A stretch of 64,000 nt of DNA from Lingula anatina (GCA_051362555.1 CM120644.1:23396534-23460533); one strand, 5' to 3'. Shown: positions 12,020-24,938, counted from the stretch's first letter. The notes: a model not told the origin generated them from the sequence alone. A program made the numbers and translations.

Positions 12020-12384
12020 TAATAATAACTCAATATAACGCATTGAAACAAGAAATAATATATTGGCGTTCAAATTTTTCTTTAATTATATGCAGGAAAA
12101 GAAGACAACAACAACAATAATAATAACTCAATGTATTCATATTCGTCTTGTTTTTCTTTTACCACTAAATAAATAATATTTCCTCGTTCCACAATGTATT
12201 TGATACACGTTCCGCTTTTTACTGTATTCCGCATTTTAGTCTGTTCCGCTGTTCCGTTGTTCCGGTGTTCCGTCTTTTAGTTTCTGCCCGAGCGAACCGG
12301 TTTTGGACGTAAAGAAGATGATGTTTGTGGTACATGCGAAGGACCAGTTCAATCGTCGGAACAGAGTTTATTAGTGATTATTAG

Positions 12385-12452
12385 AGCGGAAATATAAACG
12401 TTGGACTCTGTGAAGCGTCACGGCCCAAACAGAGTCAAGATGGCAGCAGCAG
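12385..12452 (+). promoter_or_regulatory. Candidate CpG-rich promoter/first exon (copy at ~49370-49437)
   Basis: gcggaaatataaa (ETS/TATA-like), then caagATGGCAGCAGCAG|gtaggc (YY1/Kozak-like ATG and a possible splice donor) in a CpG-rich patch. Confidence 0.3.
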
Positions 12453-13669
12453 GTAGGCCCTATCAGGGGGTGGAAACGCGCTACTTATATGGTTATGACG
12501 AGCCTAACCGTCAGCACCGGATATTAGTTTGTGACCTTGAGGGGCAATTAGGCTTGGTCTTTGCGGCACGCGCGAACAGTAGTCGATCTACCACACCTGG
12601 GTCTTTTGTGTTTGACAACTGTTCACTCGTCAACGAGGTGCTTGTTCTAGACTACAGACTGATATCTACTAGTACTACCAGTGGCTTCATTAGTAACGTT
12701 CCCACAATACATGGTTTACTGTCTGTGCGTACATACCCTGAATTCGGTTAGCCTCACTGACGTAACGAGAACAATGGACGTTTCTGACCCCTCTCTAGGA
12801 TTACCCCTGGCCCTATATCACAGGCCACAGAATTTAATGGCTCATTCCCCTTGAAACCATCAATGTCGGTCTACGTAGATCGTTCGGTACTTTTGTAGTA
12901 TACCCCCCCCCCCCCCACCCTGTAACTTTCTGTAACTTTCACTTTTCAAACAGTCTTTTACATTTTCTTGTTCATCTATGTCAAAGCTGTTGAAATAATT
13001 GCTTTTGTAATTACCTGTGGTCTTTTTATTAGTTTTAATCACATTTAATCCAGCCCATTGAAATACAATGTGAAAATCTACAATACACCCGCAGTCAATA
13101 ACTTGCCGCGTTTTCGTTGGCTAACTCTAAGGTAATTTTATGTCTCCTCAAATCTGACGTTCCACTGTCATAATTAATTCATTATGGAAATTTAAAAAGA
13201 AGCTGGGTAATGAGGAACATGGACCCCTACAACCAGTTCATCTCTTCAGAACTCTTTTCCATGTGAAAAAGATCAGAAACGAAAGAAAGGATTATTTAAT
13301 AGTTTTATATGGCAATCAATAGAAATAAAAGAATAACGGGGCATGTAAGAGTTCAAATTTATCTATATTTGTGTTTGAAAAATGAACTGAAAAAATTGAC
13401 CTAAAAAGGACTAGACTTTTTCTCACCTGTTTCTTCTGTACACCATCTCGGCTCATAAAATTTCTATAACAATTATCTCGATTTTCTTGTGTTACACTCA
13501 TACATGATTTGAAAATAGGATTTATGTCCAACAGAATGGTAAATTGTGTCCGATATTTAAGGCTGGCGATGTACTGTTTACAGCATCATCTCATAGCACT
13601 CAAAAATGTGACACGGGTGCAAACGGCTGAATTACGTTGTGAGTCTCAGCAACCACAATGAACAGGCTC

Positions 13670-14145
13670 TGCACCATATTTTGGTGATGATCCATTAATT
13701 CATTTATTAATTAATTGTTTAATAAGTTTATTTATTACTTAGCTATTAACAGATTTTGTTGAAATTTACAGGATAGGTCACAAATGGGCAAAGGAAGAAA
13801 TGGTTGGATTTTGGTTGTGTTCCATTAATTAATTACTTGAAAATTAAATTTCCAGGATAGCTCACAAATGGACAATGGAAGAAGATTTTGGTAATGATCC
13901 ATTTATTTATTATTTAATTAATAAATTAATCGATCATGGAACTCCGCAAGGACAAATAATTTAGTATTAATTAATTAAGAATACTGAATAATACTAAATT
14001 ATGTCCTTGCGGAGGTTGCGCTCTCTGGTTTTCTTCTGCTCAGGTGCATATTTTAGTATTAATCAATTTATAATACTAATACTTAATTAATGATACTTTA
14101 TAATACGCAATTATTTGTCCTTGCGGGGGTTGCGCTCTCTAGTTT
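13670..14145 (+). mobile_element. Decayed Helentron/DINE-like remnant with inverted-repeat and duplicated 3' end
   Basis: Hairpin ccgcaaggacaaataatttagtatta...taatactaaattatgtccttgcgg (13944-14012). The end motif gtccttgcgg(a/g)ggttgcgctctct(g/a)gtt occurs twice. Confidence 0.4.
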
Positions 14146-14250
14146 TCTTGCACCGAGATGCATATTTTGGTGTTTGATTTTTTTCTTCCGATGTGTAGAC
14201 ATATCAAAGTTTGCACACAGTTTTACAGAGCGTTGTTTTCAGTCGTTAGC

Positions 14251-14285
<35 letters not shown>

Positions 14286-14835
14286 TAATGTTTTAGCCAT
14301 AAATAAAATCCTCATTTCAGTTACATCCACTGTTAGCTAGACGAAATGGTGACAGGGCATAGTCAAGCATTTTACACAAAACGCGACAAAACTGCATTCT
14401 CAGAGAAAGTAATTTGCAGAATCTTTTGTAAAAATATACTTGAGGTTGAGTACAAATTGTGTCAGTAAAATAACCATGCATCTTGTAATAGCCCTTAGCG
14501 CAGTTTGATTTTTCTTAGTATTAATATCGTGCAAATATTACACAAAAGGCGTGATATTTTTAAAATTTCTTTCATAAAACCTTCGTTTCTCTTCGCACTC
14601 CCCGCACTAGCAGGGCATGGATTTTAAACTTTTCTTGGATTGGCATGCGCACAAAAAGCTATATTTATCACTTTCTGTCTCCAGAGTTAAAAAAAAAGGA
14701 GAAATCGCGCTTATATTTTTAACTTCATTTTTTCCTTTTTTTTTTTTTCAAATGAACTTAAGCCTATATATATATTGAGTATCAGTAAATATGTATATAA
14801 TATGTCTTTATTCAGGTGCGCAGCTTTTAAGTGTG

Positions 14836-14875
<40 letters not shown>

Positions 14876-15273
14876 GGGGAGGGGGCAAACCATGTGAGGG
14901 AATATAAGCGACGGAGGAGGGGGTCCGTTGGTCCCACTGCTTCCTACGCCTATATGTAGGCCCTAAACGTTACCACAAAGCCGCGTGCTAAGCGTACAAT
15001 AACAATCACGAGCTTTGTTAAATATTAACACTTCTAAAAAATGCACTGACCGAATTACAGTGATAAATACGTCATATCGTCCGTTGTCTATTTGACTTTG
15101 CCAAATCTTTATCGGCCCCTTAACATCGTCTTACGCCCTCTTCCTAACTTTACTATCAGCGACAGCTCACGTAAACAACGAACCCGCCTGACTCTAGATC
15201 TGGTACGGTGTTGAGTTTAAAACGCTCTAGTCAAAGCAACAAGTCGCATTCATTGACAGCGCCCAACGTAAGC

Positions 15274-15369
15274 ATGAAAAGAGCGGAGATCTGCGAGGCT
15301 TTAGCTCCTCTGAAGATTGTCGACTATCCTGAAGTTCCGCCCCCTCCCCCTAAAGGGGTTGTGGTTAAG
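15274..15369 (+). CDS. Candidate first coding exon of the kinesin-like gene (copy 52280-52375)
   Basis: MKRAEICEALAPLKIVDYPEVPPPPPKGVVVK|gtgagg; phase 0, compatible with exon 24939; CpG-rich context. Confidence 0.4.
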
Positions 15370-15790
15370 GTGAGGGTCGGGACAAGGAGGGGTATGTAAA
15401 TCTATTTCGAAGATCCGCGTTCATACTGCTTGGAGACAAAGGACAGATGGTGAGATATCTGTATGCATTTAGATCGTTTGCACGTGTGTGCGCGTGCGTG
15501 CGTGTTTTTGAGAGAGAGAGAGAGAGAGAGAGGGATTGAAACCATGACCACCTCAGTACAATTGCACATTCATCTGAACCTCTTATATTCTGAACTGAAG
15601 TGAACTAGCTTCAACTGATTATCAGTAAGCGATGGTGATAATATCCACAAGTCAAAATCTGGTCACAAGTCACTGGTGATTCTCTATTCTTGATATTATT
15701 AACCCAGATATACGAGTATGTCAACAGAAGTAGAGGTGTAACGAAACTGGGGGTCGTGCCATTGTCTCGTGTGCATATATAGCCTTAAAC

Positions 15791-15941
15791 GGTATGACAG
15801 GAATGGCAGTCCGCTAGGAACCGTAGTCCGTTCGGCATTATTTAGTACAGGAGACTAACACTTACCTGTAGCAATCAACCGACTAATCATATTATTGGAA
15901 CCTCGGACTTTCATTTCTCGGACTGCTATTCCTGTCACACC
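15791..15941. mobile_element. Small MITE with 23-bp TIRs
   Basis: ggtatgacaggaatggcagtccg ... cggactgctattcctgtcacacc. Confidence 0.65.
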
Positions 15942-16388
15942 ATGACCCTTTGGGAATGACATTAGTTCTTAAATTATGTCGCGTCCATAGGACATAATTA
16001 CACCGTTTTGGTAACAGATTTATGCGACCGATTAATTCCTTTCTCTTTTGACTCGGTTTGAATAAAAATATGATATTTCGTGTTGTTTATTATGACGCCT
16101 TCCATAGACCTTTAATATTGTTGAGATGTTGCAGCTAATAACAATGTCCAAAATGTATGCAGGAACCAAACAAGATGTTTAACTACCAGTAGCTCCAAGT
16201 GTGAGTGGAGGATTAATTTTTACTTCTATGCAATGCAATGTGTCTCAAAATGCGTGTTGTTGTCGACACTGAATGTTGAAAAGGAAAAGCATCGAAAAAC
16301 CCCCCAACCAAATTTCTATTTGGTGTTTTCACGTTTTTTTTTCTCCAGACCATAAATTTCAACTGAAATGGTTACTCCGCACGGCTAA

Positions 16389-18410
16389 TTGTACCACCAG
16401 CGTAGGCGCTGGCGGTACACATGGTTTTAGTCCCGACCCGTATGTTCCGCCGGCTCCTGCGGCTCCGCCGGCTCCGCCGGCTCCTGCGGCTCCTGCGGCT
16501 CCGCCGCCAAGTCACCGTTACCGCTTCTCCTCCTAGACGGTAAGGGTCTCCATACCCATCTCTTGGATTTAGGTCACCTATAATCTCAACTCGTTCCACG
16601 TAAAATTTGGGCTTTGTCGGTATTGGGGTCTAGGTGTGGCGCTCATTGCAATGCACCCTTGTCCAAAAATGGCAAAATTAAATGCTAATTATCTCCCCTA
16701 CGGAAGGAATTATGGGAAAATTTTCTACAGACAGCTTTCCAAAAGTCATATGTGTAGATTTCAAATATGCCCTTGGATTTGACCTTTGACCTTTATTTCA
16801 AGGTCAAACGGGCCAAAATTTTCAAAAAAACAAAATTTTTGCCGAAAAAAAAAATTTTTTGCGCTCTTATTCAGACACCACACAGACTTAACTAATAATA
16901 TTAATGGAAAGTGTTACCCTTCGGGTCATCTTTCATCTCCGTGAATTTAGGGTCAATCGGTGCATTTTCACGGGAGTAGCGGCCATAAGATATCAAAACT
17001 GAAAACTGTCTCTAATTCGGGAACCGTTAATGCTAGACACCCATTCTTTTTTGCATTATGTAGAGCATGTAAAGCCCAACATTGGAAGTGGTCTCCATTT
17101 TTTTGTATTCCATACGGTTTTCGAGTTACGCTTTATCAAAAAGTACATATTGGTGGTGAAAGCAAAATGTGCAGGCTTGGCAAAGCAGACAACTTGTGGT
17201 CAAAAATGACATTATTTCATCAAATTTGAACATCTGGAACTTCAGAGCACCTCCCATTTCAAGAATTTTGACCAAAATGACCTTTTCTTTATTTTAATTA
17301 ATTTTTTTCTGTAGGAAATTTATGGCACACTATGGTAACTCCAATATTATACCATTTAGTCCCTTATATCTCCAAAACTGGCAGAGATAGGTCCATAGTT
17401 TCTATTGAACTTGAATAGGAAGTCATATACTGGCAATCTAAACGTGACCTTAAAATTGACCTTTGACCTACTTTTCACCATGAACTGAACTTTGCAAATT
17501 TTGCTTCCCTTTTATCTCCAAAACTGGCAGAGATAGGTCCATAGTTACTATTGAAGTTGAATAGGAAGTCATATACTGGCAATCTACATGTGACCTTAAA
17601 ATTGACCTTTGACCTACTTTTCACCATGAACTGAACTTTGCATATTTTGCTTCCCCTTTATCTCCAAAACTGACAGAAATAGGTTCATAGTTACTATTGA
17701 ACTTGAATAGGAAGTTATATACTGGCAATCTAAGTGTGACCTTGAAATTGACCTTTGACCTACTTTTCACCATGAACTGAACTTTGCAAATTTTGCTTCC
17801 CTTTTATCTCCAAAACTGGCAGAGATAGGTCCATAGTCTCTATTGAAGTTGAATAGGAAGTCATATACTGGCAATCTACATGTGACCTTAAAATTGACCT
17901 TTGATCTACTTTTCACCATGAACTGAACTTTGCATATTTTGCTTCCCCTTTATCTCCAAAACTGACAGAGATAGGTTCATAGTTACTATTGAACTTGAAT
18001 AGGAAGTTATATACTGGCAATCTAAGTGTGACCTTGAAATTGACCTTTGACCTACTTATTATCATGAACTGAACTCTGCTAATTTCTTTCTCTTTTAACT
18101 CCAAACCTGGCAGAGATAGGTCCATAGTTACTATTGAAGTTGAATAGGAAGTCTGGCAATTTACTGTGACCTTGGAATTGACCTTTGACCTACCTTATGA
18201 TGAACTTAACTTTGATTGTACCATTTTTTTAGTTATATATATATATTTTGCATATTTTGAAAATTCTCTTCGATTGCATTTTTACAGCTTGTCAAGCACA
18301 AGACTAGTGGCTGTCTTCCTTTTTTTGTGTATGTGGGGGTCTATACGAATGTGCTTGCTCCAGCTGGTGGTACAATATTCGGAGGCGGTATCGCCTCTCT
18401 GATCCTCTAG
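16389..18410 (+). mobile_element. Non-autonomous Helentron-type element (HINE/DINE-1-like, family A) with 146-bp central tandem repeats
   Basis: 13-bp subterminal inverted repeat ttgtaccaccagc/gctggtggtacaa, 5' hairpin, 9-bp ccggctccg-type repeat, ~5.7 units of 146 bp (17367-18200), 3' hairpin gaggcg-gtat-cgcctc then CTAG. Empty site without TSD in copy 2 (cggctaa|tcttattc, ~53391). Confidence 0.9.
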
Positions 18411-19223
18411 TCTTATTCGGATATCAGAGTTGAAAGTGAATTTAACTTGTAATTTAAATTGATTACAATGCTGACCGGTCCTACTCTCTGACCACAGTGT
18501 CCGTTAGTAGTCTGTTACAAAATTATTGTATCTCCATTTCTTTAGTTTTGTATGCTGTACCTACTATATAAACATACTATCAGAATGTGATTCCGTCCTA
18601 CCTTCTCCTCAATTTACAGGAGAGCATTAAATCACGGGGAATCTTTTAAAAAAAAGTGACTTTGTTATCTTGACTATGGAAGTAGATGAAATGTAACGTA
18701 ACTATCCAATAAAATTTACATGTAATCACAAGTTGGACACCAACTCTTGGGTTTACAAATTATATCAGCAGATCAAAGATCTTACACGATTCTTACTCAT
18801 TATTACTTTATTTACGTAGGCTACTTAGAATGGATGAGAACCTTATATGATAGGGAGGAAACATTGTGGTTCATTCTCAGCTGTTAATTAAAAATTTAAA
18901 TAGTAAAAAGTATTTCTTATGTATTGATATAAGTTTTTTATGATAAAAACGAATTAATTATAAAATATACTTCATTATAATACATCCGTGTTCACTACTG
19001 TGAACTGGTAAACAATAAACTGTACATGTAGTAATGTAGTACTTACATCTAGATTTAAGTGACATTTGGTGAATGAATTGGTAAGTCATTCGATGCACAC
19101 TTAAATCGGGCATAAGTAAGCACTGCACCTGTGCTATATTTGTTATATTTTGCGTTTTACAGCTATTCACACAAATATCACACTTACTCCACGGGGACTC
19201 ACTCTGAATGAAAAAACACCTTG

Positions 19224-20750
19224 TGTCTGTACAGATGTGTCTGTACATATAGCCGTCATCTGCGTCTGTCGTCGCAGTTGCCGTCGTTGCCATCGTCGCC
19301 GTCGCCGTGCACTTTTACCGATAACACGATAAGTGGAAAACTGTTTTTTCTTTTTGTTTGAAACTTACAGAACTGATGAATATTCATATGCAGCACCGAT
19401 AACACGATAAGTGGAAAATCATTTTACCTTTTGGCTTGAAACTTACAGAACTGATGCATATACATAATACGGAGGTCAAGTTCGAAAATCAGCGTGATTG
19501 GGTCATTTTTAGTGAATTTAGGCTATTTTTTCTCTTTTTTCAGCATATGTGCAGCACCGATAACACGATAAGTGGAAAACCATTTTACCTTTTGGCTTGA
19601 AACTTACAGAACTGATAAATATTTATAATACGCAGGTCAAGTTCGAAAATCAGCACGATCGGGTCACTTATAGGGAATTTATGCTGTTTTTTCACTTTTT
19701 TAAGTATATATGCAACACTGATAACACAATATAAGAAAAACAGATTGGCCAATTGTCATTATACTCACAGTAGGGGCCAATCTTACTAAAACGCAGGTTG
19801 AGTTTGAAAATCAGCATAATCAGTTCATTATTTTAGAAGTTATGCTGTTTTTTCACATTTCCTCACATTCAATTCTTAGGCATGTTAGCAGTCTCATTAT
19901 TGAACTAATAAGATACGTAAAAGTGTTTGTTTGACATTTCCTGCATCTTTACAACATTGTTAGTTGATTTTTTAAAAATGATGGTAAACTTGTTATCATG
20001 TATTGTGTAATAAAGTGTCAAAAATGGAAATAAACTCATATCATTGCAGTTTGTCAGATGCATTCATCCACTATGTTCAGAATCTCAGAATGGAGGAAGT
20101 TGGACATTTAACACTGTTCTATTGATACTTTTCCCATCTCATCAATTTTCTTCATTGGTCATATAAAAATGGCAGTAAACTGTTTATTTTATTTTATGTT
20201 AAAAAAGTGTTAAAAATGGAAATAAACCCATTTCAGAACAGTGCTGTCTTGTTTACATTTTGGTATTTTCAATATGTGACTTTGAAGTTCCATGGGCCTG
20301 AAGACTTTTGCTTGTCACATTTTCTGAATAACCATGATACTAATATTTTATAATTAAAAATTGATGGTCATTATGCTGTAAAACATTATGTAATATTCCA
20401 TCAAAATTTGAAGAAACCCCTATTTTTGGCACTGCTCCCATGATGACCATTTTAGGAAAATCATGTCACTTACTGTTCTCATACTTACAGGAAAGAAACA
20501 TGGGACTAAAATACAGCTTCAGTAGGCAATGCAGTCTGTTTGGTAAATTGTTCTGGCAATTAAACAGTTTTTTGTGAAAATTTAATTTTTCACATATTGG
20601 CATTTCCAAGGTGTGACTTAGAACCTCCACGGGCTTGAAGACCCATGCTAGTCACATTTTGTGAAAATCCATGACACTTATATTTTATTATTAAAAATCA
20701 ATGGTCATTATGCTGTAAAGCATTATGTAATGTTGCATCAAAATAGAAGT
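19224..20750 (+). mobile_element. Helentron-type element family B, truncated (copy 54205-55731)
   Basis: Colinear similarity to 33726-35505; (CGT)n-like microsatellite and internal tandem repeats. Confidence 0.75.
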
Positions 20751-23235
20751 AAGCGTGAAATTGATATTCAGTTTCATAAATGCTCAAATTACGATAGCAC
20801 ATACAGTATATCCTACGGGAAGTGAATATCGCTTGGATAAAGTTGTAACTAGGCAGTGCTTTTAATAGACACGAGAAGCAGAAGAACTTCTACAGTATTA
20901 AGTGGAGGACTTCAGATCTTGATAATAATGATGAAATTTTGTGAATTTTCTTACGCTCTCGAATAAACCATACTTCTTTGTCCTGGTTTATTCTGTGAAA
21001 TCTGGGCATATTGGCGATCGTTTTAAATGAGAAACTAAGTATTGTCAGTGAAAGTAAGGCACCATTGATATGACTTTTTCACCGGGGCACGTTCGGCCCC
21101 GGGGCACGTTCGGCTTTTACTCGTATTTTCCACAATTAACACTTTTGGTCCAGCATCGACCCCTTTACGTGTCACTTGATCTATTTAGCGGATTCTACGA
21201 AAATAAGGCTTCTGTGGTACACTCCGTTCAGAAGGTATGGTGGAAAAACTTATTTTTCACGAGGAGTTGTTATCTAGTTTTTAAAAATTTTTCCTTAACG
21301 TGGGGTTATTTCAAACAACTAGTGTATGTTAAAATGTTCTTTGTGATTAAAGTTGATGTTATGCGTTTGAACGCTCTGTTGTTTCAAATGTTAGAATGTT
21401 TTCCCGTTGGATTAAATGTGGGGTTTCAATACTGACGTAGTTCAGTTCCTTCATGTTCTGTTATTGATATACTGTTACAAGTCATTTAGTAGATTTGTGG
21501 AATAATTTTTTCGCCCCCCCCCCCCCCCCCCCCCCCCCCCCATCATCAGCAACTGCTGTGCATCAGTCAAAGATGTGCAAAAGAAACAAGGGAGATATTA
21601 TATACCGACTAATTTATGCCGGTATAAAGTTTCAAACAATCTGCTTTAATTTTGAGTGCCCGTACAATGTTCTGCTGTGCTAGTATATGTTGTATAATCC
21701 AATCATTCCTCTGTCACAAAACTACCAAGGTCTTCTAAGTATTGTGGCATACATAACAAATTAAGCATCCAGTTTGGTAGTTGCTATGGATTATTAATAT
21801 GATGTGGAATTCGATATTGTCATCAAATGCCATTTTGACACAGTTAAATCCATTCCTGATACCCTTACTGAGGTTAGGAATGCTTTAGTGCTGTATTGAA
21901 TGCAGTTTTAATTTGTTGTTTGATGGTCTAGTATGTTATGAACAATACTACCACCCCTCCAATCAAAAAAGGGATATGTGAATGAATGAATGAAAATGTG
22001 AAATGAGTTAATAGATAAATACATGAATAAATTACTGTTAAAATGAATTTAGTTTGTCACTAATGAAAATGGGTCAGTTTTTGTCTAAAAGTTTGGACCA
22101 GTTTTTGAGCATAAGTTATTTTTATGAAACATGCCCCTGATGTACTTTTAATAAGAAAAGCTCTCCCAGTCAATTGATTTGTCATCATGACTAATTGGAT
22201 TGGAGATTGATTAAGCATTATGCTGATTGCTTCTGTACTAGAAAGTACCAGGTAAATGCATGCATTAATAGATACTTCCATCATTTCCACTTTCAATTGG
22301 CTGCATTGGTAGAGCCATTAAAAAGGGTTTAGAATTTAGGGTTATAATTAACGAAAGGCATGCCATTTACATGTTGGACCTTAATATAGGAAGAGCAATT
22401 TTCCTAAATATGTCAAGTTTTTTTCCCTTGATATGCCTTTTCCTTAAAAACCATTGAGAAAATTAGATCTGCTAGTCTGTTTTTAAATAGAAGTAAAAAA
22501 TACACCAAAGCTTGTAAAATAAGTTTTAGCTCCTAACCCCCAACTTGTACATCCGATGTAAAATTTTTCATTTTGTGAATTGACATGAAGGAGAGAGCCT
22601 GTTTATCAGTCTATGTGCTTTGGTCACATGTACTAGAAGCTGGCCATGGAGTGTGTTTGCTCAGGTAATACAGGTGAACTCTGTTGTAATGTAAGCGGAA
22701 CAAAGGGCACGTACCCTCCACTGCACGGAGGGCCATTGTGATGGACAAATCAACAGGAAAATCCTAAGAAAATAAAGGAGTAATAGATGTAGGTGGGGTG
22801 ACTGTGTGCAATACATAGGTTGTACATGCTGTCATTTCTTCACATTTTTAGCTGTCTGAGATCACAAAGTTGAGGTCTTATTGACGAGAACTTTGACTCG
22901 ACTCTCAGCTTGATATTTTTTCATGGCATTAATTGTTTATATTATTTGAGAATTCCCAATTGGTCTATTTGGGTGTACAGGTGGGATAAGGTTGATTCAG
23001 AATCTAATACTTATACTGACTTTAAATAGTGTGGTTTGTGAAATGAAGATTTTAAATTAAAATGAAAAATCCAGGTTAATAATATATGTACAAGTGCAGG
23101 TATTGTATACCAGGATGAGTCACCCAGTAATAATAACAACACAAACATCCCAGCTCCCATGCTGGCTGTGCCTTTATTATACCCAGCCTCTGATATTATC
23201 ACCTAATTTAAAATGACATTTTTTTCTACCTTCCA

Positions 23236-23660
23236 GAGAGAAATTCACTGTGGGTCATTAGCCGTCTGTCCACTTCACAAAGGTGGGCCCTTGAAAATCT
23301 TGAATATTTGTGAAGAACTTACAAAGAAGCACAAACAAGTGGAAAGACTAATTATATAGAGCAGGTTGTAGGGACTTTGTACAAGCTGGTGAACCTTTGG
23401 GACTTGGAGAAAATGTTGAGTATTTGAGACTTGTTACAGTTGAAGCAGAATGTAGATGGAGTCTCCATGGAACTGTGGGTGGAGTTGTGAAGGCTTAGGT
23501 GAACAGCTGAGCTGTTGACTGTCTAAAAAACTACAGCAGAGAAGGAGAAGTGAGGTTGCCACAGCCAACATCTTCACTGAGGAAGTTTAAGTTTAGGCAA
23601 CAAAACTAAGAAGACAGGGCGTACCAAGTGGTCACCCCCTCTCATATGATGGGATTGAAG
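23236..23660 (+). other. Candidate alternative 5' exon of the kinesin-like gene (mostly UTR, short coding end)
   Basis: Strong acceptor ttttttctaccttccag| and donor AAG|gtaaaa. Copy 2 encodes MAYQVVTPSHMMGLK (58508-58552); phase 0. Confidence 0.4.
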
Positions 23661-24938
23661 GTAAAATAGTACTTTGTCTCTCTCCCTCTCTCTGTCTCTC
23701 TCTCTCTCCACACCCACACATTAAGTCAACATCACATTTAAGTAAGTGTTTACATAAATGCCAACATTTTCATTATTTTACAGGCACCTTGCATGTTATT
23801 CTCATTATTACAACAGGCTTTGCACTTAACATGTGTCACCTTGGTACATATTAACACAGTGATCGTTTGTATGTAGTCTACCTGCACTCATCTGTTTGTT
23901 CTGCCAGTTCCTGCTACGTACATGATAAACCTGGTATTTGACCAGTGTTATCTGTGCTAAAGTAATTACTCACTAATCTTTCTGCTTTAATCTTCAAACT
24001 GGGGGTAATTTACACATGAATTTTTGATAATGAATCCCAGACTGTGTCACAGTAACATAAGGCATCATTTTTGAGTGATTTTTTATGTTCTCGACAATAA
24101 CCGCAGAGTGCAGAATGTTGTTTGCCACTCTCAGTATACATTTTAGTGCCTGTTTGATACTGGAATTATTACTCTGAATTGGCTTTAATTATTCTACTTG
24201 TCAATTATTTTTTCAAGACCAGTCATTTTGAGACACTGACAAAAACCTTTCTTTAACCCAGCTCAGTTTCAGAGTTTTTTTATCCCTTAATTAATACTCA
24301 GGTATATAAATGTCAAAACTGTTTTGTTTGAAAATATATCACAGTATTTGTTCAAATTTATACATGGTTTTGTCTCACACCTGCAGTCAAATAGACTTAC
24401 CAGAATTATTTCCCTAAAGTGCCACAAGTAATTAGATATGACTTAAGATTATTATTGAAATATTTGCAGGCATTTGCATCTTACCTTGGCTTAAGGTTAT
24501 TCTAAAATATTTCTAAAGTTAATCCCTGCTAAAGTCCTAATTTATTTAGTGAAATGTCAGTAAATTGGTCAGAGTGACTTGGAGAAATAGTTGAGAAATG
24601 TAGCAGTTACTGTGTTCAAAACATCTCAGTGCCCTGAATTATTGAATATGCTTCATTCTTGGCCAAAAAAAAAAAAAAAAAAAAGAAAAAAAGGAGTAAA
24701 TATCTCATTGAACATGAAGATTTGTGCAAGTACTATTGCTATTGAACTGGGAGATTTGATTTTATAGTTAACTGTAGTATATTTTATTGGTTGATGATAA
24801 AAAAGTAAAAAGAATAATTACAACATTTTCATTAAATACTATGGTTTCCAATGAATATGGTAAATATGCCAGGAAGGCGCAACAAATAGATAAGTGTCTG
24901 TCAGCTTTAATTTTTTTTCATCTTCTTCTCTCTCACAG

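Larger units (their letters stand above)
9743..12289 (+). mobile_element. Internally deleted Mutator-like (MULE/Rehavkus-type) DNA transposon
   Basis: ~70-bp imperfect TIRs built from CGGAAC sub-repeats (9743-9810 vs 12222-12289). Internal CG-1-like, SWIM, Ulp1 and PHD coding remnants; no DDE core and no matching TSD seen. Confidence 0.8.

Noticed and set aside
12401-12751. 116-aa ORF present in both copies
   Set aside because: No recognisable domain and a non-ATG start in the track. Conservation is uninformative because the copies are nearly identical; more likely a promoter/first exon plus intron.
16273-16599. Pro/Ala-rich and Arg/Ser-rich ORFs
   Set aside because: They derive from the 9-bp repeat inside the Helentron-type element.
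17367-18200. Regularly spaced repeats suggesting a CRISPR array (also 26639-28340, 29056-29920, 61236-63250)
   Set aside because: Units are contiguous tandem copies with no unique spacers, there are no cas genes, and the context is eukaryotic introns.
21084-21115. Direct repeat cggggcacgttcggc x2 as a regulatory site
   Set aside because: More likely an orphan transposon end; no partner inverted copy was found in the window.
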